64,000 nucleotides of DNA from Thecamonas trahens ATCC 50062. Lineage: Eukaryota; Protista; Apusomonadida. Where the stretch lies: positions 484,701-548,700 of the forward strand of contig NW_013657673.1 in assembly GCF_000142905.1 (NCBI RefSeq), in the 5' to 3' direction. The translations under genes and the position numbers were made by a program. Positions 1 through 12,102 of the stretch are shown here, in pieces; within the stretch, counting starts at the first letter, position 1, and every line of letters begins with the position of its first letter. Below the pieces are notes generated by a model. The model did not search any database. It was not told where the DNA came from and was given only the letters and a program-made list of their open reading frames with translations.

Positions 1-2
1 TT

Positions 3-695
3 ATGCGCGCTGGCTTTGCCCTCGCCGCCGAGGCCGCTGCTGACCGCGCTGCCGTCGCCATCTCACTCGGCTCGTACGCCGCATACCTTGCCGACGGCTC
101 CGAGTACACAGGCGTGTTCGACGCCGGCGACGCCGAGCTCGAAGCCTTCCATGCCGAGCGGTTGGCGGCCTTTGCCCCACTTGCCGATGCCGATCTGTTT
201 GCCTTTGAGACGCTGCCGTCGGCCCGGGAGATCGCAGTCGTCCTCGACGTCGTCGCCGCGGCTGCCGAGGCCGGGAGCGTCTCCGGCGCGTGGCTCTCGT
301 TCTCGGCGAGGATCGAGAGCAGCGGACGCTCGGTGCTGGCTGATGGCACGCCGCTCTGCGAAGTTGCGAGCATGGTGGCCGATTCACAGGCAGCGCAGGC
401 CGGCGCTGTCGTCGCCATCGCCGTCAACTGCTGCCGGCCACGTGATGTGGCGGCCCATCTCGCTGCGCTGGCCTCCGGCGCGCCGGGCCTTGGTCTGGCG
501 GCCTACCCGAACGCGGGCGCCTCGTACGATGCCGAGATCAAGGACTGGACCCCGATCGACTGCCAAGCGTCGGCAGCGATGGTCATTGAGGCTCTACCAG
601 AGTGGGAGGCAGCCGCGGGCCACGCTCTGGTCATGGTAGGGGGATGCTGTCAGCTCGGCCCCGAATATGTGGCCGCGCTGGCGTCCGCAGTGTGA
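3..695 (+). CDS. Homocysteine S-methyltransferase (MmuM/Sam4 family), 5'-truncated by window edge
   Basis: Family motifs [33 protein letters not shown] and the Zn-binding GGCC; stop TGA at 693-695. Confidence 0.9.
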
Positions 696-820
696 GAGTC
701 AAAACCAAGTGTGGAAACAGACATCGTTGGCGCAGAAATGCGTCATATTTGAAACTCAAACAAAAACAGAGATGATTCGCCTTTCGCCCAGCACATGGTT
801 GCGATTTACGCGAGACTACC

Positions 821-1549
821 TCAACAACTTTTTTTTTTGCCCTGACTGCTGCCCATCACATAGCGCTTGTGTGCGCAGCCCCGACAGTGCAGTTTGATGT
901 AGTCTGTTGTGCGTGGGTGTGAAATGAGCGGTGCTTGAGGTGCGTGAGAATGTCGAGCGTCCGAGTAGAGAGTCAATTTTTGGCAGTGGCACGTGTCATT
1001 TTTTTGTTTTGACGATCGCCGCCCGCTGACACCACGGCGTCGCTGCCGCTGCTTGCGCCTCTTTGAGCGCTTCTTCGAGCGCTTCTGGGATGTTGATTGG
1101 CGCTTGACAGGCTTCAAGAGAGGATGGCGGCGGCGGATCGGGGCGGCAACCATGTTCTCATAGACGGCGTGCGCGGTGACGACCGACGGCTCGACGGCGC
1201 CGGACGGGGATTCGATGTCCGAGTGCAGGAGTGCCGAGGCTGCGACAGGCCGCGAAAAGTCGAGATCGTCAAGCGCCACAGGCGGCTGGTGGCCGTAGCG
1301 TAGAATGACTAGCTGGGGTGCCCCATCGGACGCCGAATTGTCGACAAGGACCGGGTTGTACCCGGCTGCCCGGGCGGCGCGCACAAACTCAGCGCGATGC
1401 TTCCGCTCACGCTTGGTCCATTGCACACCGCTTCGCCGGCGACAGAGCCTGGTGCGGTGTTTGCGTGATCGCAGAACCGTAGGCACCCGCGAGACCGTCG
1501 ACTTGAACATCGGCGAGGCCAGGCCGATGACCTCTGACAGCGGCGTCGA

Positions 1550-1594
<45 letters not shown>

Positions 1595-2013
1595 CGATGG
1601 TCGCGATCGTGACCGGCCCGAGCGGTGGCTCCTCAGCGAGCCTGACCGAGAACAGGAGAGGGAGCGAGCAGCCCTACGTGAACGCGAACGCGAACGGGGC
1701 GTGAGCGTGAACGTGAGCGTGAGCGCGAGCGTGCGCGTGAGCGCGAGCGCGAGAGAGAGATCGAACGTGAGCGTGAGCGTGAGCGTGAGCGTGCGCGTGA
1801 GCGCGAGAGAGAGCGCGACATCGAACGTGAGCGCGATCGGGAGCGTGAGCGTGCGCGCGAGCGCGACTGCAGCGCCTTGGCCCTGCGGCGCGAGACGACG
1901 ACAACACCATTGTCCGAGAGCGGCAGGTCGGCGAGCGGGCGACGGACTCGGGCCTTTGAGCGAGCCGTGGCACTCCGTGAAGGACGCGCCATGGTAGAGG
2001 CGTCGTTGCCCAT
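821..2013 (-). CDS. Hypothetical Arg/Ser-rich basic protein (apparent frameshift near 1696-1699)
   Basis: ORF 1633-2013 encodes (RS)n. Adding one C in the C run continues the RS dipeptides in frame into the 821-1561 ORF (poly-S, then Lys/Arg-rich). No globular domain recognised; ends uncertain. Confidence 0.4.
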
Positions 2014-2166
2014 GCTAAAGGGAGGGGTGGTAGTGCCAGTGGTGGAGTGGAGTGGCTGTGGCTCTGGTTATGGGCGTGTGGGCGTGTGGGCGGGTAGGCT
2101 GTGTTTGCCCCGGTGGCGCGAATTTTTGAATTGTTTTGGCCGACAGAGTCGCTCGCTGTCGCTGCA

Positions 2167-5100
2167 CTACAGGAACTCGTTCTTGATGTTCCACTTGTGA
2201 GTGGACCGATCGAGAGTGGCGATGGATCGAAGGAGGGCACGCATGCGGATGACTTCTTCGCGCGGCTTGTTTTGGAGGTCAAAGTGGGTCATAAACGCCG
2301 AGGTGGTGGTCGCGCCGAGCCAGCGCGGCGAGACGAGGAAGGCCCGGATGGCAAGTAGATCGGCGCCGCCGTCGTCGGACGAGCCGAGCGCCACGGCGGG
2401 GTCAGTGGCGGTCTCTTCAAGAGCTTCGAGCTCGCGGGCGATGGCACGGTCGTCGTCCATTCGCTCTTCGACGGTGAGGTGAGCGTCGTCGTGGCCATCG
2501 TTGCCGACAAGATTGCCCGAGGCTGCCACGGCGACCCGACGCTCCTTGAGCCGACCCAACAGCGCAGTTGCCGAGAGCGGGTCGCTTCCAGAAGCGTGCG
2601 CCTCTTTCTCGGCAGTGGCGACTGCCTCGGGATCAAAGATCGACTCGTTGTTGGGCTGGGCGGCGGCTGAGGTCCACGAGGCGTAGACGGAGGGCGGCGG
2701 CGGCGAGGCGGCGTCGTCGGCTGTCGGCGGCGCGAGGCGTGCGCGGCGAGCGGCGGCGGNNNNNNNNNNNNNNNNNNNNNNNNNNNNNNNNNNNNNNNNN
2801 NNNNNNNNNNNNNNNNNNNNNNNNNNNNNNNNNNNNNNNNNNNNNNNNNNNNNNNNNNNNNNNNNNNNNNNNNNNNNNNNNAACGCGGGCGGCCTCGTGC
2901 TCGACAATGAGGGATTCGGGCTGGGCCTGCCCGACAAGATCGTCGTGCTTGAGTGCCGAGTGGACGCCCGCCGAGCCAAACAACTGGCTGAGCACAAAGT
3001 CGTCGTCGCGGGCTGCCATGTCTGTGGGCGCACTCTCGCCGTCAGACCCGGCCTGCGCCGCGCCATCGTCGTCGTACGCCGGCATCGGCGCGACGCCGAG
3101 AACCGACGGCGCAGCGGTGGTCTCCTCGGTGACGGCACCAAAGATGGCACCAGTGGCGGTGCCCTCGACGCCGGCGTCCGGGTGGGCCGGAAAGGCAAAG
3201 AGGTCCGAGAGCTCGTTGGCCTTGAAGAACCGGCGCTGGCGTGCATCCTTGAGGATCTTGTTGGAGAGAAAGTGCTTCGAGAGCTGGCGATGGTAGATGC
3301 GCTCCTCGATGGTGCCTGCCGTGAGGAGGCGGAATATCTTGACTGGCTTTGTCTGTCCGAGGCGCCAGGCACGCTCGCGAGCCTGAGTATCGGTCGTCGG
3401 ATTCCAGTCTGGGTCATAGATGACGACCCGGTCTGCGCCGGTGAGGTTGACACCGAGGCCGCCAGTCTTGGTGGTGAGGAGAAAAGCAAAGATTGAGTCG
3501 TCGTTGTTGAACGAGTCGATGAGCGCCATGCGCGTCGAGATCGGTGTCGAGCCGTCCATGCGGAGATGCGGCATGCCCTCCGCGTTGAGGCGGGCTTGAA
3601 GCATGTTGAGCATTGCAATCGACTGCGTGAAGACCAGCGGGCGGTGGCCTTGCGGCTGCCAGAGGCGCAGCAACTCGACAAGGACCTTGAGCTTGCCGGA
3701 GCGCTCGATTGAGCCAAAGTCGGGCGGCGGCGGCGCAGCGTCGTCAAGCATCAGATCGGGGTGGTTGCAGATCTTGCGGAGAATAGCAAGGCCGTGAAAC
3801 ATGGTCATCTTGCCGGACGAGATGGCGCGATAGTCGCGCGAGCGCAGGAACGAGACATACTCCTCGTACTGTGGGAGGGTGAGCTTGCAGAAGAGCACCT
3901 GCTCCGTCTTGGGCGGGAGCTGCTTGGCGACGTCGGCCTTCATGCGGCGGAGCAGGTACGGCGCGATGAGATCGCGGAGGACCTTGGCGCACTTGTAGCC
4001 GGTCTGGACCTGGACAAACGTGGCGTTGGCATAGCCGCCGATGCGGATGGGGACGGCAAACTGGGTGTCAAAGACCGGGAGTGTGCCGAGCTTGCCGGGA
4101 AAGACAAAGTCGAAGAGCGACCAGAGCTCGACGAGATTGTTCTGGATGGGCGAGCCCGAGAGGATGACTCGGTGTGGCGAGCGGAATTGCTTGACGGCGA
4201 GCGTGATCTGCGCGTCAGGATTCTTGATCTTGTGGCCCTCGTCAAGGAGCACGTAGTCCCACGGCGCCGGGAGCAGGAGCTCCTGGTAGACGCGGATGCC
4301 CTCATAGGTGGTGATGATGACGCCGCCAGAAGCCAGCGTCGATGCAACCAGGCCCTCGGGGTCATCAGAGCCCGAGCCCGAGCCGTGAAGGAGCGCCACC
4401 CGAAGCGGCGGATACCAGGCGTGGAACTCTCGGACCCACTGGCGCATGACTGTGGCTGGACACACGATGACAGCGGTCCGGAGGAGGCCCGAAAATGAGA
4501 GTGAGGCAAGGAGGGAAATGGCTTGGATCGTTTTGCCCAGTCCCATTTCGTCGCCGATGATGCCGCCGACGTTCTGCTGGTGGAGCTCCCACAGCCACTT
4601 GAGGCCAGTCTTCTGGTACTCAAAGAGCCGGTCAAAGATCGACGACGGCACGCGGAGGCCGCCATCCAGCACCACCGCGGCGTTGGCCTCGTCATCGGCA
4701 GAGGGGCCAGTCGAGGTGAGGAGGCGAGCGCGAAAGGCCTCAACCCTGCCATCGTCGGTGTCAGTGCCGGTAGTGGCGGAGCGGCGGCGTTTGCGCGAGA
4801 TGACGCCCGCATTGCGGGAGAAGCTCGGCCCAGCCGTAGTTGGCGAAGCTTTCGGCGGCGTACGCGCCGGCTGGACCGAGACGCTTCGCTTCCGTGACAG
4901 CGCGCTGGGCCGAAGACTGGGGTCGGCGGGCGGCAGAGCGTTGGCAACCCGCATCTGGCGGGCCTGCTCGGCCGCCACCTCTGCGGCGTGCTCGGCGCGG
5001 ATGCGATCAAGCAGTGCACGCTTGTTTGACTTGCTCGGCGAGGATGTGGCCAGAGATGATGGCTCTGCGGGCGGCGGCTGACGAGCTGACGACGGAACAG

Positions 5101-5446
5101 GCTCGGGCTTGGGGTGATCCTCGGCAAACTGCTCGTTGAGGATGCGCTTCTGTGTGAGGAGCTTCTTGATGCGAGCCTTGAGCGTGTTTCGGGTCTTAAG
5201 CGCAGCAGCGTACTTGGCTCTCACCGGAGCTGGATCCCATGGCAGCGGCTTGGGAGGCAGTCTCCGCGACGACAGAGCCCGTTTGACCTTATCGATCTGA
5301 GCATCGAGATTGGCTATGCGCTGAGCGAGAAGCTTTGCATCGGCAGCACGGGCTCTATCCTCCAGCTCTGCCTGGACCTGGGCCTCCACCACGTCCTGGT
5401 CACGGCTTGCCACCCCGAGCACAGAGAGCACCGCATCCTCCGCCAT
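2167..5446 (-). CDS. ERCC6: Cockayne syndrome B / Rad26 SNF2-family ATPase (transcription-coupled repair), spanning an assembly gap
   Basis: LFEYQKTGLKWLWELHQQNVGGIIGDEMGLGKTIQ, LDEGHKIKNPDA, LLTTKTGGLGVNLTGADRVVIYDPDWNPTTDTQARERAWRLGQ. The C-terminal winged-helix-like tail (LLRSIATLDRSTHKWNIKNEF) lies after the N gap 2760-2881. Start inferred at ATG 5446 (MAEDAVL). Confidence 0.93.
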
Positions 5447-5452
5447 GACTCG

Positions 5453-5632
5453 GATGTATGTATGTATGTATGTATGTATGTGTGTAGGGGTGAGGGGAGA
5501 GAGGGGGTGCGAGTGAGGTGACTCGAGTATCCTATTGGTTTGAGTCGGGTGTCGCATTGGGACATTTGGCTGTGTCGTCAGCCGGGGCAGGGTAGCCCGG
5601 GGGAAGGGGGCCTCATTGTGATGGGGTTCGAT

Positions 5633-5673
<41 letters not shown>
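5453..5673. repeat. Microsatellites (TATG)n and (GT)n upstream of ERCC6
   Basis: (atgt)n at ~5455-5480 and (gt)n at ~5635-5673 read directly. Confidence 0.9.
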
Positions 5674-5677
<4 letters not shown>

Positions 5678-6088
5678 GTAGGGTTGGTTGTAATGGTGGT
5701 GGCGGCGGCGATCGGGCGTGTGCGTGTGTAGTGGTGGTGGTGGCGGGGGAGACAAGGCCGCCTCGTCCTCGATCCCGTGAGCCGCATAGCCGGCATCTGG
5801 TCTCAGCTACATGTGTCATCATCATGGCCATTACTCGCGCTGCATGTAGATGACATTGCCTGCCATTCCTTTTGATTGGGCGCATTTGCTTATCGGATTG
5901 GATGTGATGAGGTGTTGGATGATGCCTAGCATGTGCCACGAGCGAGAAGACAGGCAGCAGACGCGAGTGGCACCTGTTGCTGCTGGTCTCCCCCAAGGGG
6001 GGAGGAAGGGTGGACGAGTGGGGGGGGGGGGGGAGAGAGGGACCACTTCTACCACCGCACTTCAGAGTGACGACAGTCACGGACAAGG

Positions 6089-7588
6089 ATGTCGATAGAG
6101 TCTCGGGTGGTGGGGCTCGGCAAGGGGGTGCCTCGTGATCCCTATGCCTTTCAGGAGGTAGGTAGGGTGGTGGTGTGTGTGTGTGTGTGCGGAGGGAGGA
6201 GGGGGAGCTGACGGTCACGGGGGACAGGCATGGGCACAGACTTATGGAGGAAGGATGCGATGGGTGCAATGGACGGCAACTTGAACTCGGACACGACTTG
6301 ATGGTCACAGTCGAATGAGGATGCGGTGCTGATTGCGGTCACGCTGCTGCGGAGACCAAAGGGCGAGACGAGCGAAGAGGCCGAGGCACTGGCGATGGCC
6401 AAGGCGATGGGCAAGGCGGCCAAGGACAAGGGCGAGAAGCTGCCACCGATGGAAGCCATCGAGGACGTCGATGGCTCGTTTATCGTGACAAGCGGCGGCA
6501 CAATGCTGGACGTGGCCAGGGCGTGGGGCGTGCAGCGGGTGTTTGTGACGGTGACCGGCAACGCGGCGGCATTGGCAAGAGCGCGTTTGGATCTCGAATC
6601 TGGCGCAGGCGCGGGCGATGATGCTGGCGACAACGAGCTGGCGGCAGTCATGATCCACTTTCGCGACGTGCGGACCGGGGTCGAGGTCAAGGACCGCAAG
6701 TACCGGTTCAAAAAGTACCGCCAGTGCTTTGTTGGATCCGAGGCGGTCGACTTTCTTGTCGACAACGGGTACGTAGCGTCGCGGTTCGAGGCTGTCGAGC
6801 TGGGCGAGAAGATGCGGGCGGCCGGCCTGTTTTCGCACGTGGTCGACGACCACGGGTTCAAGGACGACAAGCTGTTCTACGCCTTTGACCCCGACTTTGT
6901 CATTCAGACAACATCATACTCGATCTTAGACACGCAGTCGGCGGCGGCGGCTTCGGCAGCCAAGCTCTCGCTCGCCAAGTACGACTCGCTTGTCGGGACC
7001 GCCGAATGGGACGAGCTCGCCGAGGCTGCGACCCAGCAGTTGCTCGACATCGGGGTCGAGCTGCGGCGGCTGGAGCTGGCCGGCGAGTCGGCGCCGCAGG
7101 AGCGGCTGGCGGTGACCTCGACGCTGGACAAGGTCAAGGCCGTTGTCAGCAAGCTCGAGGGTGCCGTCTCCGGAAAGGGCATCAAGGACGCCGAGGCCAG
7201 GCGCCGGACAGCGGCGCTGGCTCGGCTGACCTCGCGCCTGTTCGAGGCCAAGCGCCAGTTCTCTGAGCTGCGCCAGGCGCACCGCCCACCCGAGACGAGC
7301 TCGTCGTACGACTGGAGCGCAGGCTCGTCGTCGGGCGTGCTCCAAGCCCACGAGTACGACGAGACCGAGACCGAGGAGCTGCTCATGCTCCAGCGCCAGA
7401 TCATCGCAGCACAGGATGCAGGACTAGAGGAGCTGTCCAAGACGCTGGAGCGGCAGATCAAGATCGGGCGCCTCATTGGCGAGGAGCTCGACCGACAGAA
7501 CGAGCTACTCGACACGCTCGTCACCCACGTCGACGCCACCCAGGACCGGCTCACCGACGCCCAGATCGATATGGACAACCTGCTGTAG
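6089..7588 (+). CDS. DEP-domain-containing Qc-SNARE-like protein lacking a TM anchor; predicted exon 6089-6157, intron 6158-6310, exon 6311-7588
   Basis: DEP: VKDRKYRFKKYRQCFVGSEAVDFLV...EAVELGEKM...FSHVVDDHGFKDDKLFYAF. SNARE coil: QDAGLEELSKTLERQIKIGRLIGEELDRQNELLD. A phase-0 GTAGGT...CACAG intron joins MSIESRVVG... in frame. Confidence 0.8.
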
Positions 7589-7629
7589 GCCGCGGTCGGC
7601 GAGGCGGCGGAGAGTAAAACGCGCGCAAA

Positions 7630-8607
7630 CTACAGCTCGGACGAGTACTCGGTCGAGAGCGACGAGAGGCCTTGGGCAGGCGCGGGCGCCCGAGAAGGGA
7701 GCCTCTGCACGGCCGCCGGCGAGATCGTGTCTGGCCAGGCGAGCGAGAGCGCAACGAGCCAGTCAAGGACGAGGCGGACGTCGCCGGTGTCAAGTTCGTT
7801 GAGCACGTCTGCAAATGTCATGTGCGAGCCCGAGATCCGCGCCAGCATGGCCCGAGCGCCACGCCGGCACGCTCGCTCCTCCTTAGCAGTCAGGGCAAGA
7901 GCTGCGGCGCCGATGCGGGGCAGAGCAGCCGAGGCGAGGAGCCAGTCGCCACCGGGCGGGCCGACGGCCAGCCGCTTGATGTTCCGCACAATGGCAGCAA
8001 GGGCAGAGGCAAGCTCAGCCCCGTCAACTGCGCCGCGGACCTTGCCGTGGAAGACCGTCGTCATGCGGTCGACCTTGTGCGGCCGGGTCTTGTCGTCGAG
8101 CATGGCGGCGAACATGGTGAGCTCGGTGAGGCGGACGCTCTTGCTCTTGCTCTCGCCGTCAGCGTCAGCAAAGAGCGCAAACAGAGCCCGGCCGAGGCGA
8201 CGGGCATCGAGCGAGGCGCGCAGGCTGCGGCAAGCCATTCGCTGCGCCCACGCCGTCCCTTCGCTCTCGCTGCTGTCGCTGGAGCTCCCGTCAAGGCGGC
8301 CGCTCGCCGAGGCGCTACCGAGCTCAAACAGGCCTTCGTCGTCGAGTTCGGCAAGGGCGCGACCAGAGCCTGGACCCTTTGTCCGCGTCACGACAATGTC
8401 GATGGTTTTCAGCTTGCGCTGTGCCGGCAGCTCGGGATGATCGAGGACATAGCCAACAGCGTCGACAAAGACAGATCGGTCAAAGCACTCGCCGCCGGCC
8501 GACTTGAGGGCCATGACGAGGGCCACAAACTCATCACGACCAAAAACAGTCCTTCGCTCGAGCCTCCGCTTTGGTATTTGCGGAAGTGAGGACGCGATAG
8601 CGCCCAT
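7630..8607 (-). CDS. Divergent NCS/recoverin/calcineurin-B-like protein with degenerate EF-hands
   Basis: N-terminal MG (possible myristoylation), LERRTVFGRDEF resembling the NCS first helix, ALFALFADADG...VRLTEL and a second degenerate EF-like segment. Confidence 0.5.
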   Translation of the reverse strand: MGAIASSLPQIPKRRLERRTVFGRDEFVALVMALKSAGGECFDRSVFVDAVGYVLDHPELPAQRKLKTIDIVVTRTKGPGSGRALAELDDEGLFELGSASASGRLDGSSSDSSESEGTAWAQRMACRSLRASLDARRLGRALFALFADADGESKSKSVRLTELTMFAAMLDDKTRPHKVDRMTTVFHGKVRGAVDGAELASALAAIVRNIKRLAVGPPGGDWLLASAALPRIGAAALALTAKEERACRRGARAMLARISGSHMTFADVLNELDTGDVRLVLDWLVALSLAWPDTISPAAVQRLPSRAPAPAQGLSSLSTEYSSEL

Positions 8608-9029
8608 ATACCACGATCACCTGTGCGTCAAGTGTTGCTGCAGCGTGGAGAGCTTGAGAAGATCTGGCCAGCCATGAGCCCATTAGCGCCGCTCGCGGCG
8701 ACGATAATGAGGAAGATCGGCTGCTTCTGCTGCTGCTGGCGTTGGTGTGGGTGGCATTGGTCTTACTTTCACTGCCGATGGCGAGTCAAAGTGCCGTGAT
8801 GCGCGAAACGTGTCCAAGATCAAGTCCAAGCCAAGCCGAGTTGCGCTCCCGCAGAGGGCGAGGGTAGCGAGTGGGGGCTGAGTGCGACCATCTTTGGCGC
8901 CATGTTCCGCAGCAGCACGCCCCCCCCCCCCCCCGGCCACCCCCCCCAACCCGCCCCTCCCACCTCACCCCGACACTTCCTCTTCCTCCAACTCTAAGGT
9001 GGGGGTCTCTGGTGGAGCTGGTGTGTGAC

Positions 9030-10449
9030 ATGGCGGTGACATTGCTGTGGTGGCTAGGTCTGGAGGTCCATGACGGGAGCGGAGAAGGCGAGACCGATGG
9101 GACTGGTGGCGATGGAGGAGTTGTGGAGGAGGTACGTCGAGAGAGAGAGAGAGAGAGACAGAGAGACAGAGAGAGTAAAAGGTGGGGAAAAGGGGAGGGG
9201 ATGGGGAGGAGGGAGGCTCACTTACGGATGATGGTGCTCGCTGGGCCTGGGTGCAGATCGATGGTCTGATGGCTGAGTTGCAGATGGTCGAGGAGCGGAT
9301 CGGGCGGCTGGTGGCGGCAGAGGCACAGGCTGCGGCCGAGGAAGTGGCAATGGCAGAGGCTGCAGCAGAGCGAGCTGTGGCAGAAGCAAAGTGGCGGCGG
9401 CGGTGGCGGCAACTGCAAAGGCTGAGGCTGAGGCTGCTGCGGCAGAGATGGAGGGAGGATCGCGCAGTGTCCGCTTTGCTGAGACGGCTGCGTCGTCATC
9501 CGCGACGCCGGTGCGCGGAAAGTCGGTCGATGTGTCGGGTGCAGACTCGCCGTCGGGCAAAGAGTACCCAGCAACGCCGTTCCCGGACGCGGGCGATGCA
9601 ACAGCGTTCCCGCGGTCGAGCTCGGTCGATGTGTCGGGCGCAGACTCGCCGTCGGGCAAAGAGTACCCGGCGACGCCGTTCCCGGACGCGGGCGATGCAA
9701 CAGTGTTCCCGCGGTCGAGCTCGGTCGATGTGTCGGGCGCAGATTCGCCGTCGGGCAAAGAGTACCCGGCGACGCCGTTCCCGGACGCGGGCGATGCAAC
9801 AGCGTTCCCGCGGTCGAGCTCGGTCGATGTGTCGGGCGCAGACTCGCCGTCGGGCAACGAGTACCCGGCGACGCTGGTTCCCAATGCCAACGAGAGCGAA
9901 GAGAACCGGTCTCCGGACACACCCTCGGCTGGGGCGCTCAGCCCGGACGAACTCGCTACCGAGATGCTGCTCGGAGCCGGCGCGACGCCGACCAAGGTGC
10001 AGACGAGCAAGACTCGACCCGAGAACCAGACTCCGCTGCGGACACCGCTGCGGCCGACGCCGCGTCCGTTTATCTTTGCCCAGCGCTCATTGGGCCGCTC
10101 CCCGCGCTCGCCATGGGAGCTGCCGCCGTTCCAGCCGTCGCCGGCCAAGACCCCGGTCCTGCCAGCGTGGGACGCTCACGTTCCGACGAGCAGCTACGAT
10201 GCATCGGCAAGCTATGCCACACCCAAGCGACCATCCCGAGTGGCGGTTGATGCCGATGTAGGTGACGACGCTCTGTACCAGCTCGGCACGCCCATGGTCA
10301 CGCCGTCGTCGGCCCGCCACGCCCGCTACGCCTACACACCAGCCAAGCTCCAATCCGCCCGTAAGCCGGCCATCGCCCTCGACCCGTCGCTGATGGCCTC
10401 GATCTCCTCGCTTCCCATCGACGAGCCAGACTCGCTCTTTGCTCTATGA
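9030..10449 (+). CDS. Hypothetical protein: short N-terminal coiled coil, 33-aa repeats, SP/TP-rich disordered tail (intron 9132-9256; apparent frameshift ~9390)
   Basis: GTACGT...GTGCAG phase-0 intron joins GVVEE|IDGLMAELQMVEERIGRL. One missing base near 9390 links to ORF 9391-10449. Start codon uncertain. Confidence 0.5.
9523..9875 (+). repeat. 99-bp coding tandem repeat, ~3.5 near-identical copies (SVDVSGADSPSGKEYPATPFPDAGDATAFPRSS)
   Basis: Units start at 9523, 9622, 9721 and 9820 with no spacers. Confidence 0.95.
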
Positions 10450-10670
10450 CCGCCCCCCCCCCCCCCCCTGGTAAAGTTCACGTACCCTTGACTGTACGCC
10501 CATCGTCTGTTTCCCTGCACGACCAAATTTTCCCCGCCCCCACCCCCGCAACGAGTCCGATCGACCAACCCCCACGCACCCACGACTCGCCCTCCCCCTA
10601 ACCCCCGCCCTCCCACCCGCACCTTGCGCACAGTCAGCTTCGTGCGCCCACATCCCGTCGAGCTCGGAAC

Positions 10671-12049
10671 ATGGACGGCAGCGGACCTCTGTCGCGCATT
10701 TCAGGAGCCCACCATGTGGTCAAGGTCCACTTTCCGGACCACTCGCGAGAGCTGACGCTGAGAGCCGACGAGGCAACGACCGTGGCGGCGGTACTGGAGA
10801 TGGCTGGCGACAAGATGGGCATGCCTACGGATGTGGTCTCTAACTACTTCTCCATCTGGCTGGTGGCGCCTTCAACGGCAGAAGACTCGCCGCGACTCGA
10901 GCTGTTTCTCCCGCAGGCGCTCCGCATCTCACCGCTGGCCACGGCTTGGAAGGGCCTCGTCCATCACTACCGCGGGCTGGGCATGGCCGATGCAGGCGCT
11001 TTTCTTGAGCTCCGCAAGTCGCCGCGGCTGACGCTTGACGAAGAGCTGGCCATCGAGCATCCGATTGCTCTCAACATGCTCTATTGCGAGGCGCTGGACA
11101 ACATCCGCAACTCGACCTTTGCCGTCTCTTCCAAGGATGCCATCGCCCTAGCCGGCATGGTCTTCCACATCGAGCTTGGCGCGTTCTCGGGCGAGACCCA
11201 CATCAAGGGCTACTACACTCGCAGGCTCATTGAGGTCCTGCCAACTCAGATCTGCGAGTCGTCCAAGTTCAACGTCGACAAGTTTGAGAGCAAGGTTCTC
11301 GCCGCCCACGCCTCACACGGCCGGTCCTCGCGCCTCCTCACCAAGCTCCAGTTCCTGGAGCGGGTTCGCGAGCTGGCGAGCCCGATCTACGGCGCGCAGC
11401 TCTTTGTCTGTGACGTTGCTGTTAATGACGGGTTCACCAAGGGCCTCAAGACTGGCGACACAAGCATTGTGGCGGTCTCGGCCGACTCCCTCGCCTTTCT
11501 TGCTGGTCCGCTTCATGCCCACAAGGTGGTGGCGAGCTTTCCCCTTGGACTCAGCAGCGAGAGTGACGAGAGCGTGAGCGTGGCCGTGACCAGTGAGGAC
11601 ACCGGCCTTGTCCTTACCTTCACCTCGGTCAAGGTCGGAAAAAAGGGCCAGACAACAAGCAGCCTCGCGGTATCCAGCAAGGAGGCGTATCTGCTTGCAC
11701 GCCGGCTGCCGCGCGAGCTGGTGACAAGCGTGCCAAACTCGATGTACGCGGTGACGGCGACGCCGACTGGCGAGGTCGAGTCGCTCGAGGAGCTCATCTG
11801 CGATCTCGAGTTCATCCCTGCTGCTGCTGATGCCGAGCCGAGTGAGGTGTGTGTCTCGGTTGCGACGAGCACGTCGCCGTCGCTGTCGCCGCCGGTTGAT
11901 TCGCCAGCGCCGCCGGCACCACCGGCGCCGCCCACACCGCAGACGCTGACTGCGACCGGCTCGGGCTCGGGCTCGGGCTCGGGGACAGGAGAGCGGGCCA
12001 AGTCTGCCGGAAAGGGCAAGTCGGAGATCAGCTCTGACTCTGTTTCCGA

Positions 12050-12102
<53 letters not shown>

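Noticed and set aside
2633-2881. Frame change in ERCC6 as another frameshift
   Set aside because: It occurs across an N gap of estimated length, so the frame is uninformative.
9523-9875. Regularly spaced repeats suggesting a CRISPR array
   Set aside because: Units are contiguous 99-bp in-frame coding repeats with no unique spacers, there are no cas genes, and the context is eukaryotic.
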